Part shown: piece after piece, positions 26,972 to 39,646 of the stretch
Layout: the number at the start of each line of letters is the position of its first letter
How positions within the stretch are numbered: the first letter of the stretch is position 1
NCBI RefSeq assembly: GCF_006345805.1
Contig: NC_042998.1
Span: 49,042,001-49,106,000, forward strand
Length of the DNA: 64,000 bases
Direction: 5' to 3'
Source: Octopus sinensis
Lineage: Eukaryota
Notes under the pieces: model-generated
Database searches by the model: none
What the model saw: only the letters and a program-made list of their open reading frames with translations
What the model was told of the DNA's origin: nothing
Position numbers and translations under genes: made by a program

Positions 26972-27725
26972 ATATATATATATATGTGTGTGTGTGTATA
27001 TATATATGTGTGTGTGTATATATATGTGTGTGTGTGTATATATATATGTATGTGTGTGTGTATATATATATGTGTGTGTATGTATATATATATATGTGTG
27101 TGTGTATATATATATGTGTGTGTGTGTATATATGTATGTGTGTGTGTATATATATATGTGTGTGTGTGTATATATGTATGTGTGTGTGTATATATGTGTG
27201 TGTATATATATGTGTGTGTGTGTGTATATATATATGTGTGTGTGTATATAGATATATATATATATATGTGTGTATATGTATATGTATATATATATGTGTG
27301 TGTGTGTATGTATATATATGTGTGTGTGTGTGTATATATATATGTGTGTGTGTGTGTATATTTATATATATGTGTGTGTGTATGTGTATATTTATATATA
27401 TGTGTGTGTGTGTGTATATTTATATATGTGTGTGTGTGTGTATATGTATATATATATATATGTATATATGTGTGTGTATATATATGTATGTGTATATGTG
27501 TGTGTATATATATGTATGTGTATATGTGTGTGTATATATATGGATGTGTATATGTGTGTGTATATATATGTATGTGTATATGTGTGTGTATATATATGTA
27601 TGTGTATATGTGTGTGTATATATATGTATGTGTATGTGTGTGTGTGTGTATATATGTGTGTGTATATATATGTATATGTGTATGTGTGTGTATATATATA
27701 TGTGTGTGTGTGTGTGTGTTTGTAT
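25961..27725. repeat. Compound (TG)n(TA)n microsatellite, interrupted at 26487-26832
   Basis: Seen directly. Confidence 0.97.
26487..26832 (-). mobile_element. Non-coding element embedded in the compound microsatellite, possibly Penelope-like
   Basis: Complex 350-nt island between (TA/TG)n tracts; minus strand shares cttgt(c/t)ctacgtcct and cgtcctcg(c/t)gttgt with the 19315 element. Confidence 0.4.
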
Positions 27726-27809
27726 ATTTGCGTATCAGCGCACGCAAGACAAATAATGGCTTCAAATCAACAAAAAATGGCACAAGGCCAACAATTTTGA
27801 AATATCATC

Positions 27810-28022
27810 CTTTTCTACTCTAGGCACAAGGCCCGAAATGTTTGGGGAGGGAGCCAGTCGAACAGATCGACTCCAGCGCGCAACTGGTACTTAATTTATC
27901 GACCCAGAAAGGATGAAAGGCAAAGTCGACCTCGGCATAATTTGAACTCAGAACGTAAAGACAGACGAAATACTGCGACGCATTTCGTCCGGCGTGCTAA
28001 CGTTTCTGCCAGCTCGTCGCCT
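27810..28022 (-). mobile_element. Family A SINE, head-to-head with the 28061 trimer
   Basis: Consensus match. Confidence 0.8.
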
Positions 28023-28060
28023 TTTTGTCGATATCATCGACACCAATATTTGATCTCCGA

Positions 28061-28607
28061 AGGCGGCGAGCTGGCAGAAACGGTAGCATGCCGGACGAAA
28101 TGCTTTACAGTACGTCTGCCGTTACGTTCTGAGTTCGACTTTGCCTTTCATCCTTTCAGGGTCGATAAATTAAGTACCAGTTACTCACTGGGGGGTCAAT
28201 GTAATCGATTTATTTAATCCGTTTGTCTGTCCTTGTTTGTACCCTCTGTGTTTAGCTCCTTGTGGGCAATAAAGAAATAAGAAACGTTAGCACGCCGGGC
28301 GAAATGCTTAGCAGTATTTCGTCTGCCCCTAAGTTCTGAGTTCAAATTCCGCCGAGGTCGACTTTGCCTTTCATTGTTTCGGGGTCGATTAAATAACTAC
28401 CAGTTACGCACTGGGGTGGATATAATCGACTTAATCCGTTTGTCTGTCCTTGTTTGTCCTCTCTGTGTTTAGCCTCTTGTGGGTAGTAAAGAAATAAGAA
28501 ACGTTAATCGGGTGTCAATAAATTAAATACCAGTTGCGTATTAGGGTTGATCTAATCGACTGGCTCCCTCCCCAAAAATTTCGGGCCTTGTGCCTAAAGA
28601 AGAAAAG
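28061..28607 (+). mobile_element. Trimeric family A SINE with a single 17-bp TSD aatatttgatctccgaa
   Basis: TSD at 28045-28061 and 28608-28624. Confidence 0.85.
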
Positions 28608-29124
28608 AATATTTGATCTCCGAAAAGATGAATATGGAAAGTAAAGTTGACCTCGGCGAGATTTAAACTCTGAACTTACTGAGCCGGAAGAAATACCGCA
28701 GAACATTTTTTTCGACGCTCTAAAAATTCTGTATTTTCACCGCCCTTCCGCCAGACAAATAACGGAGGCTTCTTTGTATTGCTTTGTTTTCTTCTTTCTT
28801 TTTCATATAAATACATGTATGTGGGTGGGGAAATGAGATATAGACACTTTGCATAATTTAGCAAAAACATAGTTACTATCGGCGTAGGCGTAGCTGTGTT
28901 GAAAGAAACTTGCTTCCCAACCGCGTGGTTCCGAGTTCAGTCTCACTGTGTGGCACATTGGGCAAATGTCTTCTACTATAGCTATGAGCTGGCAAAGCCC
29001 TGTGAGAAGATTTAATAGACGGAAACTGAAAGAAGCTCGTCACGTATGTGTGTACGCACACACACAACACACACACACACACACATTCAATAACGAATTA
29101 AGAGCAGCGCTAGTGGTGTGAATG

Positions 29125-29488
29125 TTATCGATCGCACGTACTCATTGTATGTGTTTTTGTTTGTTCGACGGAATTGCTGTGAGAGAGCGCTTAGGAATAA
29201 CCCCTAATAACGCAGGGTGTTTAAAACACCTGAAAATCATAGGCAGGTGAGGCAACTCGCCCCGGGGGTGTCATAGACTGGGTATTCAATTCGTCTTCGG
29301 TTCCACTGAGGTATGTGATGTTGCTAAGCCACAAAAATGGCGAAAAACCGATATTCGTCAGTCTTAAATTCGATCCGGGGTGGGAGTTGTCTCTCCTGTG
29401 TCTGACTTTCGGGTCGTTCCCAAGCATCATCTCACAGCGAATCCGGTGAACAAACAAAATAGAAACACTGAGTGTGTGCGATCGATAA
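29125..29488. repeat. Long imperfect fold-back (rod-like hairpin or old long-TIR MITE)
   Basis: Arms 29125-29203 and 29411-29488 pair almost continuously; inner segments ~29232-29280 and ~29359-29410 also pair. Confidence 0.75.
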
Positions 29489-29507
29489 TATATATATATA
29501 TATATAT

Positions 29508-30003
29508 AGCAATAATAAATCTCTGAACGAGATGTAACCAGATAGTGTGCCTAAAGCCAGCTGGAGACGATGATCTCCTGGGGCTAAAAGCTACAGTAAC
29601 ACCCACCCTTAGTGGCTAGCCATACTGAGATGGCTATTATACTTTACGTTGTCGAGCGGTTACCGTTTACATCTCGTTCAGAGATTTATTATTGCTTGCA
29701 GACAGTTTTTCGAAATCAGTGACGGAAGTTACTAGAAAAAAACTTAAGTATTTGCATACAGGTCTTCCTTTTCATCGTAAACCGGTGATTACCGCGTGTT
29801 GACAAGAGGCAACTACCTCGAAACTGCGGTCCGTGCGTATCACTTAGGCTTACGAGAGAGGGATGACCACCTTTTGCAAATACCATAAGGGCACAGATAG
29901 TGTGCCTAAAGCCAGCTGGAAACGATGATCTCCTGGGGCTAAAAGCTACAGTAACGCCCACCCTTAGTGGTTAGCCATATTGAGATGGCTATTATACTTT
30001 ACG

Positions 30004-30005
<2 letters not shown>
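29508..30005 (+). mobile_element. Retrozyme-/Penelope-pLTR-like non-autonomous element inserted in (TA)n
   Basis: 112-bp direct repeats 29539-29650 and 29894-30005 (4 mismatches, 355-nt period), perfect 30-bp inverted repeat 29508-29537/29667-29696, internal hammerhead, (TA)n on both sides. Confidence 0.7.
29785..29843 (+). ncRNA. Type I hammerhead ribozyme motif, U3-A8 core variant
   Basis: cgcgtg-TTGACAA-GAGG caacta CCTC-GAAA-C tgcg G-TC^-cgtgcg, with outer gtgat/atcac pairing; predicted GUC cleavage after 29831. Confidence 0.75.
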
Positions 30006-30041
<36 letters not shown>

Positions 30042-30270
30042 GCACGCACGCACACATTTAAAAACTTCTTTGAAATGTTCTGAAGAAGGTTTACGTAATT
30101 CTTTTATTCATTTATTTGTTTCAGTTGATTTGACTGTGGCCATAGTGGAGCACCGCCTTTAGTCGAGCAAATCGACCCCAGGACTTATTCTTTGTAAGCC
30201 TAGCACTTATTCTATCGGTCTCTCTCAAACAGAGACACAGAAACATATACATAAATACATATATATATAT

Positions 30271-30427
30271 GTTTTTCTCTCCCTGTGTATCTTTCTGTTG
30301 AAGAGCGTAGGCTCGAAACGTTAAAGACTTGTTTTATTTATATTTCCTGAGCGCCATACTAATACAATTGTTCGTTTGTTTTCCACCTGCCTTCGTCTTT
30401 TGTTTATTTTCATAAAGCTTCCCGTTA
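30271..30427 (+). mobile_element. Family E element nested in the internal microsatellite of a family B SINE
   Basis: gagcgtaggctcgaaacg...ttcctgagcgcc...cccgtta(ta)n, inside the SINE at ~30110-30628. Confidence 0.6.
30290..30327 (+). ncRNA. Minimal hammerhead-like motif, CUGUUGA core
   Basis: tcttt-CTGTTGA-a-GAGC gtag GCTC-GAAA-CGT-T-aaaga. Confidence 0.55.
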
Positions 30428-30431
30428 TATA

Positions 30432-30466
<35 letters not shown>

Positions 30467-32399
30467 CGACGGGCTTCTTTCAGTTTACATCTACCAAGTC
30501 CACTCTCAAGGCTTTGGTCGGCCCAAGGCTTAGTAGAAGACATTTGTCAAAGGTGCCACGCGGTTTGACTCAACTCGGAACCATTTGGTTCATAAGCAAG
30601 CTACTTACCACACAGTCATTCCTGCGCCTGGATGCATTTCCTATTACATATTATACGAACCTGAAACGTATTAGATGATTTCAAAATCTTACTATTTGAT
30701 TTTTGACTTCTTTATTACAGTTTGTACGAGTCGATGCCAGTACTCAACATATGCGTTGCTCAAACAGTGATTTTGTAGTAGTTTAATACGCGCGTGCGCG
30801 TTAAAGTAAAAAAAAAAAGAGCACTCAGCGCATACCTATTGGTTTGAGTCTCTCTGACGAAAATTCCATGTATATTTTCATATATATATATATATATATC
30901 ACCTTGATCACCCAGTCCGTCGGGCGTCCATTTGACACCGCTGGTCACAGCACGCTGTCCACTCCTCTCTGGATCGCGCCTTCCTCATCCACGTTGTCCC
31001 AATCGCCACGTGAATTAGGAGGGCGATTGGGACCACGTGGATACACACACACACACAAAATGTGTCTGTGTTTGTCCATCACCACCGCTTGACAACTGGT
31101 GTTGGTTTGCTTATATCCCCATACTTTAACGGTTAGAGACCGATGGAATAAGTACGGGGCTTTTTTTTTTTAAATTAAGTACTGGAGTCGATTCATTCAA
31201 CTAAAACCCTTCAACGCGATGCCCCAACATGGCCGCAATTCAGTGACCGAGACACGTAAAAGCTAAAAGATATATAAACTTACAGGGAAATATGGTATTA
31301 TAACAATTTTTATTTTACAGATGTTCTTAATCACTGGGGATAAATTTCGGTAATGTGTTTCTTAAAAAAAACCTGTTCAAGTTAGGCATTTTTTCATCCA
31401 TGTGGAGATCGTTTCATTTCGTTACTTGATCCACTTTCATATTTGATCCGTCTTTTGATCCACACCCAGATGATTCCTCGTTATCAGTGCAAAATACCAG
31501 TGATAGTCAATGAAATGACGAGAATAGCTCATCGTCCTTTTTTCTTTTCTTTTTCAATTTTCGCTTGCACCTTTAATTTTTTTTCAATTCGTTTTCTTTT
31601 TTTTTAATTCTTTGGTTTGCATATTTAAAGCAGAAAAACGGATATTGCCATTCTACAAAATAAATAAATCAATAATAATTTCAAAATAACATAAGTCGAA
31701 AATAAATCAATGAGAAGATTGCTGTAACTCGGTCGGCCCCGGTAATATATGTTTTCTATAATAGCCTGTAGTGTAATTATCTCTTGTGGAAAAAATTATT
31801 TAAATCGAACCCTAAATTCGATGGAACAAGTTAGTGTTTAGATTTTTTCTTTCGGAATTAGCTACACTAAGAATGAAATAATTGAAGAAATTACAGAAAA
31901 TATAGGTTTTAGGCGTGTGTGGTTCAGAAGCTCGCTTTGTAACCATGTGGTTTCAGGTTCAGTTTCACTGTTCGGCTCTGGCCGATCAATGCCCTGGAGT
32001 GATTTCGTAGACGAAAACTTGTGTGTATGTATGTATATATATATATATATATATATATTATTATAATATATAATATATTATAAACCCTATACATACACAC
32101 GTCCAGACCCGCTCGCTTATCTCTCAACACACACACACATATACCTATACATACCAATACGTACTAATACATCAATACATATAATACATACTAATACATA
32201 CACCACCCCATACTACGCATGTCCAGACCAATCTTACGCACTAATACTCTCTCTCACACACACACACACACCCTTTATACATACTAATACATACACCAAC
32301 CCTATACATACACACATCCGACCCCTCCCACGCACTTTTAGCTGTCCCTCAACCTTTTTATCAACCCTATTATCTCCCCTTTTTCGCTCTCGCGTCTCA

Positions 32400-32625
32400 T
32401 GTTTGATCTTTGACCTCTGGCCGAACAGATCGCCATGTTGATCGTTAGCTACTGCACGCATTTTTTTCTCTCCTTCTTTCTGTGTTTTTCTCTGTGTATC
32501 TTTCTTGGAGCGTAGGCTCGAAACGTTAAGAGACTTGTTTTATTATATTTCCTGAGCGCCATACGAATACATTGTTCGTTTGTTTTCCACCTGTCGTCGT
32601 TTGTCTATTTTCATAAAGCTTCCCG

Positions 32626-32626
<1 letters not shown>
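32400..32626 (+). mobile_element. Family E element with partly deleted hammerhead core
   Basis: Homology to the other copies; core reads cttggagcgtaggctcgaaacgtt. Confidence 0.55.
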
Positions 32627-32683
<57 letters not shown>

Positions 32684-32975
32684 GAACCCTTCGGTCACGA
32701 ATGACCGTAGGATTGCACCTAGAAAGTTCCCCTCTGAGGCACAAATCCGGAAAGGTTGTTTGTGGAAGACCAGCAGTTGCCCATGCATAAGTTTCCCCTC
32801 TCTAGACCACCATTGTTGTCCAAGGGAAAAGCAAAAGCCGATACAGTTTCACATTAGTAACCTCGCAACTCATTTCCACAGTTGAGTGAAATGAACACAG
32901 TCCTATTTGAGAATCGAACTTACAGCCTCACGATTGTAAGCCCAGCGCTCTAACCACTGATTCATGCGCCTTCAC

Positions 32976-33019
<44 letters not shown>

Positions 33020-33604
33020 TAGCTGGACCTGGCGTTGCTCGTGTTTTCTGTGTTGAAGTTAAGCTCACCTCTGACCGTTGAAATTTTACACGAATTATAG
33101 TTCATATCTATTATTTGATGCCCGCTCTGGAATTAAATTAAAACCTTTACCGTCTCCCCTACCACAAAATTTACCTAAATCTCAAATTTCGTTAAAATCG
33201 GATGAAAAATATAAAGTTACTGCCCAAAATAAAATCTCTACGGGTATTTGCACGCAAATAGCCAATTGATTTTATAAAACCACTACTCAGGCGCAATTAT
33301 CGATTTTTTGTCAACGCCATATACTGACATCAATTCATTGTTATGAACCTCGCTCACTCATCGATTTTCATCAAAATCGGACAGAAAATGCGGAAGCCGC
33401 AGGAAAAATAGCATCATTATGGGAATTTCCATTCAAACACCCGATTGAGCTCACAAAAATCTATGCCAACTGAGCATTATCGAGTTTTTGAAAAATTCCC
33501 GCCTTATTTGAACTTCAGGGCATGTGATCTACCTATGTGCCAAAAATCATTAAAATCGGTTGGACGGTGTGGGAGGAGTTAGAGTAAACCCCAAAACACA
33601 CACA

Positions 33605-33640
<36 letters not shown>
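33020..33640 (-). mobile_element. Non-autonomous Helitron-like element with ~180-bp internal repeats
   Basis: Minus strand ends cacgagcaacgccaggtccagCTAG|T; aaaatcgg motif recurs at ~33193, ~33372 and ~33552. Confidence 0.5.
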
Positions 33641-33701
<61 letters not shown>

Positions 33702-34769
33702 CGTGGCCGTGTGGTAAGAAGTTTGCTTCCTAACCACATAGTTCCATGTTCAGTCCCACTGCATGGCACCTTGGGCAAGTGTCTTCCATTATAGCCTCGG
33801 GCCGACCAATGCCTTGTGAGGGAATTTGGTAAACGGAAACTCAAAGAAGCTCGTCATGTATGTGTGTATGTGTTAATAATAATATGATAAATGCGAAAAC
33901 TAATTTATGCGTCAGTGTGTCACACTTCGACCCCCTCTCTTACTGTAAGAGTAGGCAGAAAGACGATGAGGGCGGTGACGAAGAGAAAGAGAAAGAAAGA
34001 AATTTAGGGAGAGTTGACGATGTTTTTATTAAAAGTAGCTGTGTTAATGATGGCAGTGCGAGTGATAATAACAGAGAGAGAGATAGAGAGTGGGTTGTGG
34101 GTGGGTGGGTATGTGAGAGAAAGGACTGAACACTGAACCAGCATGCTGAATTAACATACTGTACACTGATGGTAATGGGGGTGATAGTAGTAGTATAGTA
34201 TGAGCTGTAGTTGTGATAGAGACGGTGGTGGTCAAGGCTGTCAGGGATGACGGTGAGAGTAAGTGATGGGAAAGACAGTAGTGATGGTGGTGGAAGGGAA
34301 GGCGGCGAAGTCAAAGGTATTGATGGTGGTGGTGTCAGAAGTCTGAATGGTGTGTGTATGTTAAATGTTGTGGCAATTGTGGTGGTACTGTTGTTTATCA
34401 TGCAGCTTTGCAATAAGTTCCAAGTCGACAAATTATATCATTGTTTTGATGAAAATTGTTCTTTGCTTGAAAAATATTGTTCATGATTAATAAAATTTAA
34501 TGTGTACTCAATGCATGAAGTATCACTGTTGGGCCCAATGCCTAATGAAGAGCCCTCAACAGGAGCTAGCTTAAAAGCTGCCCGTATGTGTCTGTTTGTC
34601 CCCACCACCGCTTGACAATCAGTGCGGGTGTTTACTTAGCGGTTCGACAAAAGACCGATAGAATAAGTATCAGGCTTATAATTATGTGATACCACTGTCG
34701 CAATTTACATCTATTGTTTTTCGGACAAGTTGCAGTAATGAGAGAAAAACTTCAGTAGCCCGAATATCA

Positions 34770-34983
34770 TTTCTAATTCTGGAACAAGAACAGAACTTTT
34801 GAAGGAAAGGTACAAGTCGATTACATCGACCCTAGTACTCAACTAGTACTTATTTTATCGACCCCGAATGGATGAAAAGGAACTCGACTTCGGCGGAATT
34901 TGAACTGAGAACGTTAAGACGGACGAAACGCCGCTAAGCAAATTTTGCCTGGCGTGCTAACGTTCCTATCAGCTCGCCGCCTT
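34770..34983 (-). mobile_element. Family A SINE
   Basis: Consensus match. Confidence 0.7.
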
Positions 34984-35319
34984 CATTAGTAAGTATATTG
35001 GCAATAAATTTGTACGGAGGAAATACTAAACGATAAAGGCAACCGGATGGTCCTAACCATCAAGTCAGTATGATGAAAGTGTTATGTTTTAAAGTAAGAA
35101 TTTTAGAAACGGATTAAATATCAGTGTGTATGTAATAAGCGACAAGACGAAGGATCTTACATTGACGGCGTAATGTATAGAAAGTAATACTGTGTGACCT
35201 GTAACGGATCTGTTGGTTTGACTCGGCTCACAGCCAAACTGAACAGATCCCCTGTAACAAAACTACGTCTAATCCCAACACGTTTTTTTTTTCGTCACAT
35301 TTTTTTTATTTACTTGTTT

Positions 35320-35683
35320 CAGTCATTTGACAGCGGCAATGCTGGAGCACCGCCTTTAGTCGAGCAAATCGACCCCGGGACTTATTCTTTGTAAGCCCAG
35401 TACTTATTCTATCGGTCTCTTTTGCCGAACCGTAAACATACCAGCATCGGTTGTCAAGCAATGCTAGGGGGACAAACACAGACACACATACATATATATA
35501 TATATATATACATATATACGACGGGCTTCTTTGAGTTTCCGTCTACCAAATCCACTCACAAGGCATTGGTCGGCCCGGGGCTATAGCAGAAGACACTTGC
35601 CCAAGATGCCACGCAGTGGGACTGAACCCGGAACCAGGTGGTTGGTTAGCAAGCTACTTACCACACAGCCACTCCTGCGCCTA
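35320..35683 (-). mobile_element. Family B SINE
   Basis: Near full-length consensus match. Confidence 0.85.
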
Positions 35684-35796
35684 TACATTGTTGAAATTTA
35701 TTTCCAATGATATAAAAAAAATGTAAAATAAATCTTGTAATGTCATATAATCTGTGTAGCTTTTGATTAGGAACTATATGCTTCTACTAAATTATG

Positions 35797-35831
<35 letters not shown>

Positions 35832-35833
35832 TT

Positions 35834-35879
<46 letters not shown>

Positions 35880-37040
35880 CATCAAAAGAAGTTTCAATTA
35901 TCTTCCTCGCATCGCGCTCTTGCGCGAAAATATTCGTAACCTTTTTCATTTTCGACTTCTAATTTTATATTTTTTTAATTTAATTTTATTTATTTTTGTC
36001 TTTTAAGAATTGTGATCTCTTTTTTTTTTTTTATAAGTTTTTTCTTTTTTTAACCACTCCAAACCTGCAAAGCAAAAACAACTTTCGAAACAAACGGGTC
36101 AGAAATTAAAAAGTTAAGAGAGGGGGCAAAAAGCTTTTAGAAGTTGAAATTTGAGGCTAAAAAAAAAAAAACATGTCTTCCCCAGGCAGAATTGTAATAT
36201 TCCATGTATAAAGCCGAAGATATTGTTGAAAGAAAAAAAAATGAATAAAATTTTGAAAACAACCGGTTAAGTATTACGCTTATTCCAAAACACGATACAT
36301 CATCATCATCATCTTTTTCTCTCTATTTCTATCTCAATAACGCCAAAGAAAGATGAGTTTTATCAACATCTGCGTTTTAAAATATCAACTAAACGTCAAT
36401 ATGGTTTATACTTGCATTAACGATGACTTAGTTATAAATAAAAGCCAAATGTCCATAAAATCATAATCTCTCTTCAAAAAACAAAGCGTTGTGAAGAGAA
36501 AATCAGGGTATGAGACGTTTTGCCAACACCTGTTTGGCGTCGCTCATTCGACGCTGAATTATTCGATACGTTGTAATCTCTTTTTGCTTCCCCCCACTTT
36601 CTCTCTCTCTCTATGAACATCTATGTATGTTTGCACCTATGTGTAAAGTCTTTCTCTCTCCCTCCCACTGTGTGTGTATGTGTTTACCTCCAGCGCAACA
36701 ACTACAACCAATCAGGAGAAAATTTGGGATAGTATTCTTGTAAGCTGGGTTACATTGTGCCTATAAAATAAAAAAAAAAAAGGTGGGGGGCCTAAAGAAC
36801 AACTTTAACTCAAAACAAATAACAGCAAATTAACTGTCAGTTATTGTAGTTATTAACCCATTTGAGAAATTATGCTTTAAATTTCAATGCTATTAGTATT
36901 AAAAAAAAATTAAATTAGCCTGAACTGTTTGAACTCAAAATCGTTAGCAGTGATCTAAGCAGGTCAACTGATGATAGTAAATTCATTTTTCCTTCAATGC
37001 TATCAATTTACTACGAAATTGTTTCGATGCAGCAAGTACC

Positions 37041-37451
37041 GGATCTTTTCGGTTTGAATGGCAGTTTTTTCTAGCGGTGTCATATGAAATTGTCACCCAT
37101 AATTATGACCCTAGTATCGATCTATTGCATTTCAATCTCTTTTAGGGTTAGGGGTGGGGGGAAGGGTATCTTTTTTTCTTCAGAAATGTAAATAAACCCA
37201 ATCTGTTTCTTAAACGAAGGACATATTCATACGGCACAGAATGTTTTCACCTCAATAGACGTCATTGATTGGTTGAAATTGCAGAAATTGAAGAAAAAAA
37301 CAACAAATATCTTACAAACTATAGAATTTTCTCAAGAAAGCCAAGAGAAAAAGATGTTTTATAAACACATTCTACTAAGTATACGAAGTTTAAAAGTGTT
37401 TAGTTTTATGGGAATTATTTTTAAAAACTGCCGTTCAAACCGAAAAGATCC
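37041..37451. mobile_element. Second copy of the same MITE in opposite orientation, 8-bp TSD caagtacc
   Basis: Same TIRs; interior is the reverse complement of 15232-15641; TSD at 37033-37040 and 37452-37459. Confidence 0.85.
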
Positions 37452-37860
37452 CAAGTACCAAGTATTATCAGTAAGTATCAAGTATTAAGGTTGATGTTAC
37501 ATTTATTCCCCAAATTTGCGGACCTTATTCCTAAACATTAGAATCAAGGGAAGTAACTCCCAATATAGGTAACGACGAGTTATGTTCCGTAGTTTTTTGA
37601 CATTTTTGGCTTGTGCAATTGTAGAAGTCGAAATATTTTCTCTTTCACTCAAGCAGTCGAGAATTAAAATTGAGCTGCGAATTTGGTATACACTTTTTGT
37701 ATTAGTAACAGTCTGAAAATTTTTTTTTAAAAATGAAACTCCAAAAATGATGGAGAGGAACTCCAGTTTCGAATAAATGGTTAAAGTCTTCTATACATCT
37801 TGAGTACTTTTTCTGCAGCTTGTAAAAAGCAAACACACATGTGCAGACATGCATTTCGTT

Positions 37861-37926
<66 letters not shown>

Positions 37927-38292
37927 ACCATTCCAAAAACATGGTATGCACGACAGAAAAATAGGCTGGGTACTCAGTCGCTGTGTGTGCCGCCAGATGA
38001 CAAAAACTCGCGACAAGTGATTAATAGCGAAATCCGTTCAGCATTAAGCAAGCATAGAAACGCGGACGTAAAACTCACGTACACGTAAAATATCCTATCA
38101 TCCGTTCGTAGATATCATGCGTTCAACTCTGTTGTTTATAATCAGAACTATTGGAGATTGGTAGCAGAGTAGTTGCAGGCTAAAAGTTGATGTGTACTCA
38201 TTATGCACGTTTAAGAAAGAGATGGAATTGTAATAGGCATGCTGTTCTCATGCATTATTAGTTAAACAAATTGCCTAAATGGCACTCCACTA

Positions 38293-38507
38293 GCGGCGAG
38301 CTGGTGGAAACGTTAGCACGCCGGGCGAAATGCTTAGTGGTATTTCGTCTGCGGTTACGTTCTGAGTTCAAATTCCGCCGAGGTCGACTTTGCCTTTCAT
38401 CCTTTCGGGGTCGATGAATTAAGTACCAGTTTCGCACTGGGGTCGATGTAATCGACTTAATCCGTTTGTCTGTCCTTGTTTGGCCCCTTGTGGGTAGTAA
38501 AGAAATA
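38293..38507 (+). mobile_element. Family A SINE with ~13-15-bp TSD ggcactccactag
   Basis: Direct repeats at 38281 and 38508; inserted into the end of the 38515 MITE. Confidence 0.85.
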
Positions 38508-38514
38508 GGCACTC

Positions 38515-38651
38515 CACTAGCGTAGCTAGGGGGGGGGGTACCGCACAGGGCCGCACTTTTGGGTGTGCTGTAGGCAATGTGTTTTTTGTTGGGTCCGGAG
38601 GCGGCAACTGAAGGGCTGTCCCGAGCAGCACACACTCCAGCTACACTAGTG
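38515..38651. mobile_element. Tiny MITE (13-bp TIR cactagcgtagct / agctacactagtg)
   Basis: 12/13 inverted match, GC-rich interior; TSD not clear. Confidence 0.5.
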
Positions 38652-39248
38652 TGACATCCCTCCACATTTATTTTAAATTATGATTTAAAAGCTACAACTG
38701 TTACCAAGAGATGGGTGTTAGATGATTAAGATTGACCTCGATACTTGGCTGTTTGTTAGTTAAGTAACTCTAAAAGTAAACTTCACCTCAATCTGATTTG
38801 AGCCTAGAATGCAAAGTAACAATTTTCAGTTTAAATGTTTAGCATTAGTTAGTTGTTGTATATTTGCGTATCGTGACAGCTATGTTGAAAGAGGTTTGGA
38901 GAGCCGACGAATTCACGTTGAAAACAATTTATAATGAAGCTACCGTTTTAAAAGAGCAAGTTGGACTTCCATGATGAGAGCATACACTTTATTTGTTGTA
39001 TTATTTACAAAATCCTCTTTTATCTTCTTCAGTTAAGTCACCTTTTTTTAAATTGATATTTGGACTTTCAGATTACTGTACTCTAGAACTTTATTTTCCT
39101 ATTCTAATAATCTCTATATAAAAGGTTACAATAATTTACTTTTACATCCAAGTCTTAAGTCTAGAAACTGTAGAGTCATAGTCACGTAAAAAAATGTCAA
39201 AAGGAAGACAGTTCAAAGTAATCGTAACTCAATTACTGAAATTGTATT

Positions 39249-39646
39249 AAGGCGGTAAGCTGGTAGAAACGTTAGCACGCCGGGCGAAATGCTTAGCAGA
39301 ATTTCGTCTGCCGTTACGTTCTGAGTTCAAATTCCGCCGAGGTCGACTTTGCCTTTCATCCTTTCCAGGTCGATAAATTAAGTACCAGTTGCGTACTGGA
39401 GTCGATGTAATCGACTTAATCCCTTTGTCTGTCCTTGCTCATCCCCTCTGTGTTTAGCCCCTTGTGAGTAGTAAAGAAATAGGTATTATGTCTGCCGTTA
39501 CATTCTGAGTTCAAATTCCGCCGAGGTCGACTTTGCCTTTCATCCTTTCAGGGTCGATGAATTAAGTACCAGTAGCGTACTGGAATCGATCTAATCGACT
39601 GGCCCCTCCCCCAAAAATTTCGGGCCTTTTGCCTAGAGTAGAAAAG
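39249..39646 (+). mobile_element. Dimeric family A SINE with a single 17-bp TSD aattactgaaattgtat
   Basis: TSD at 39231-39247 and 39647-39663. Confidence 0.85.
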
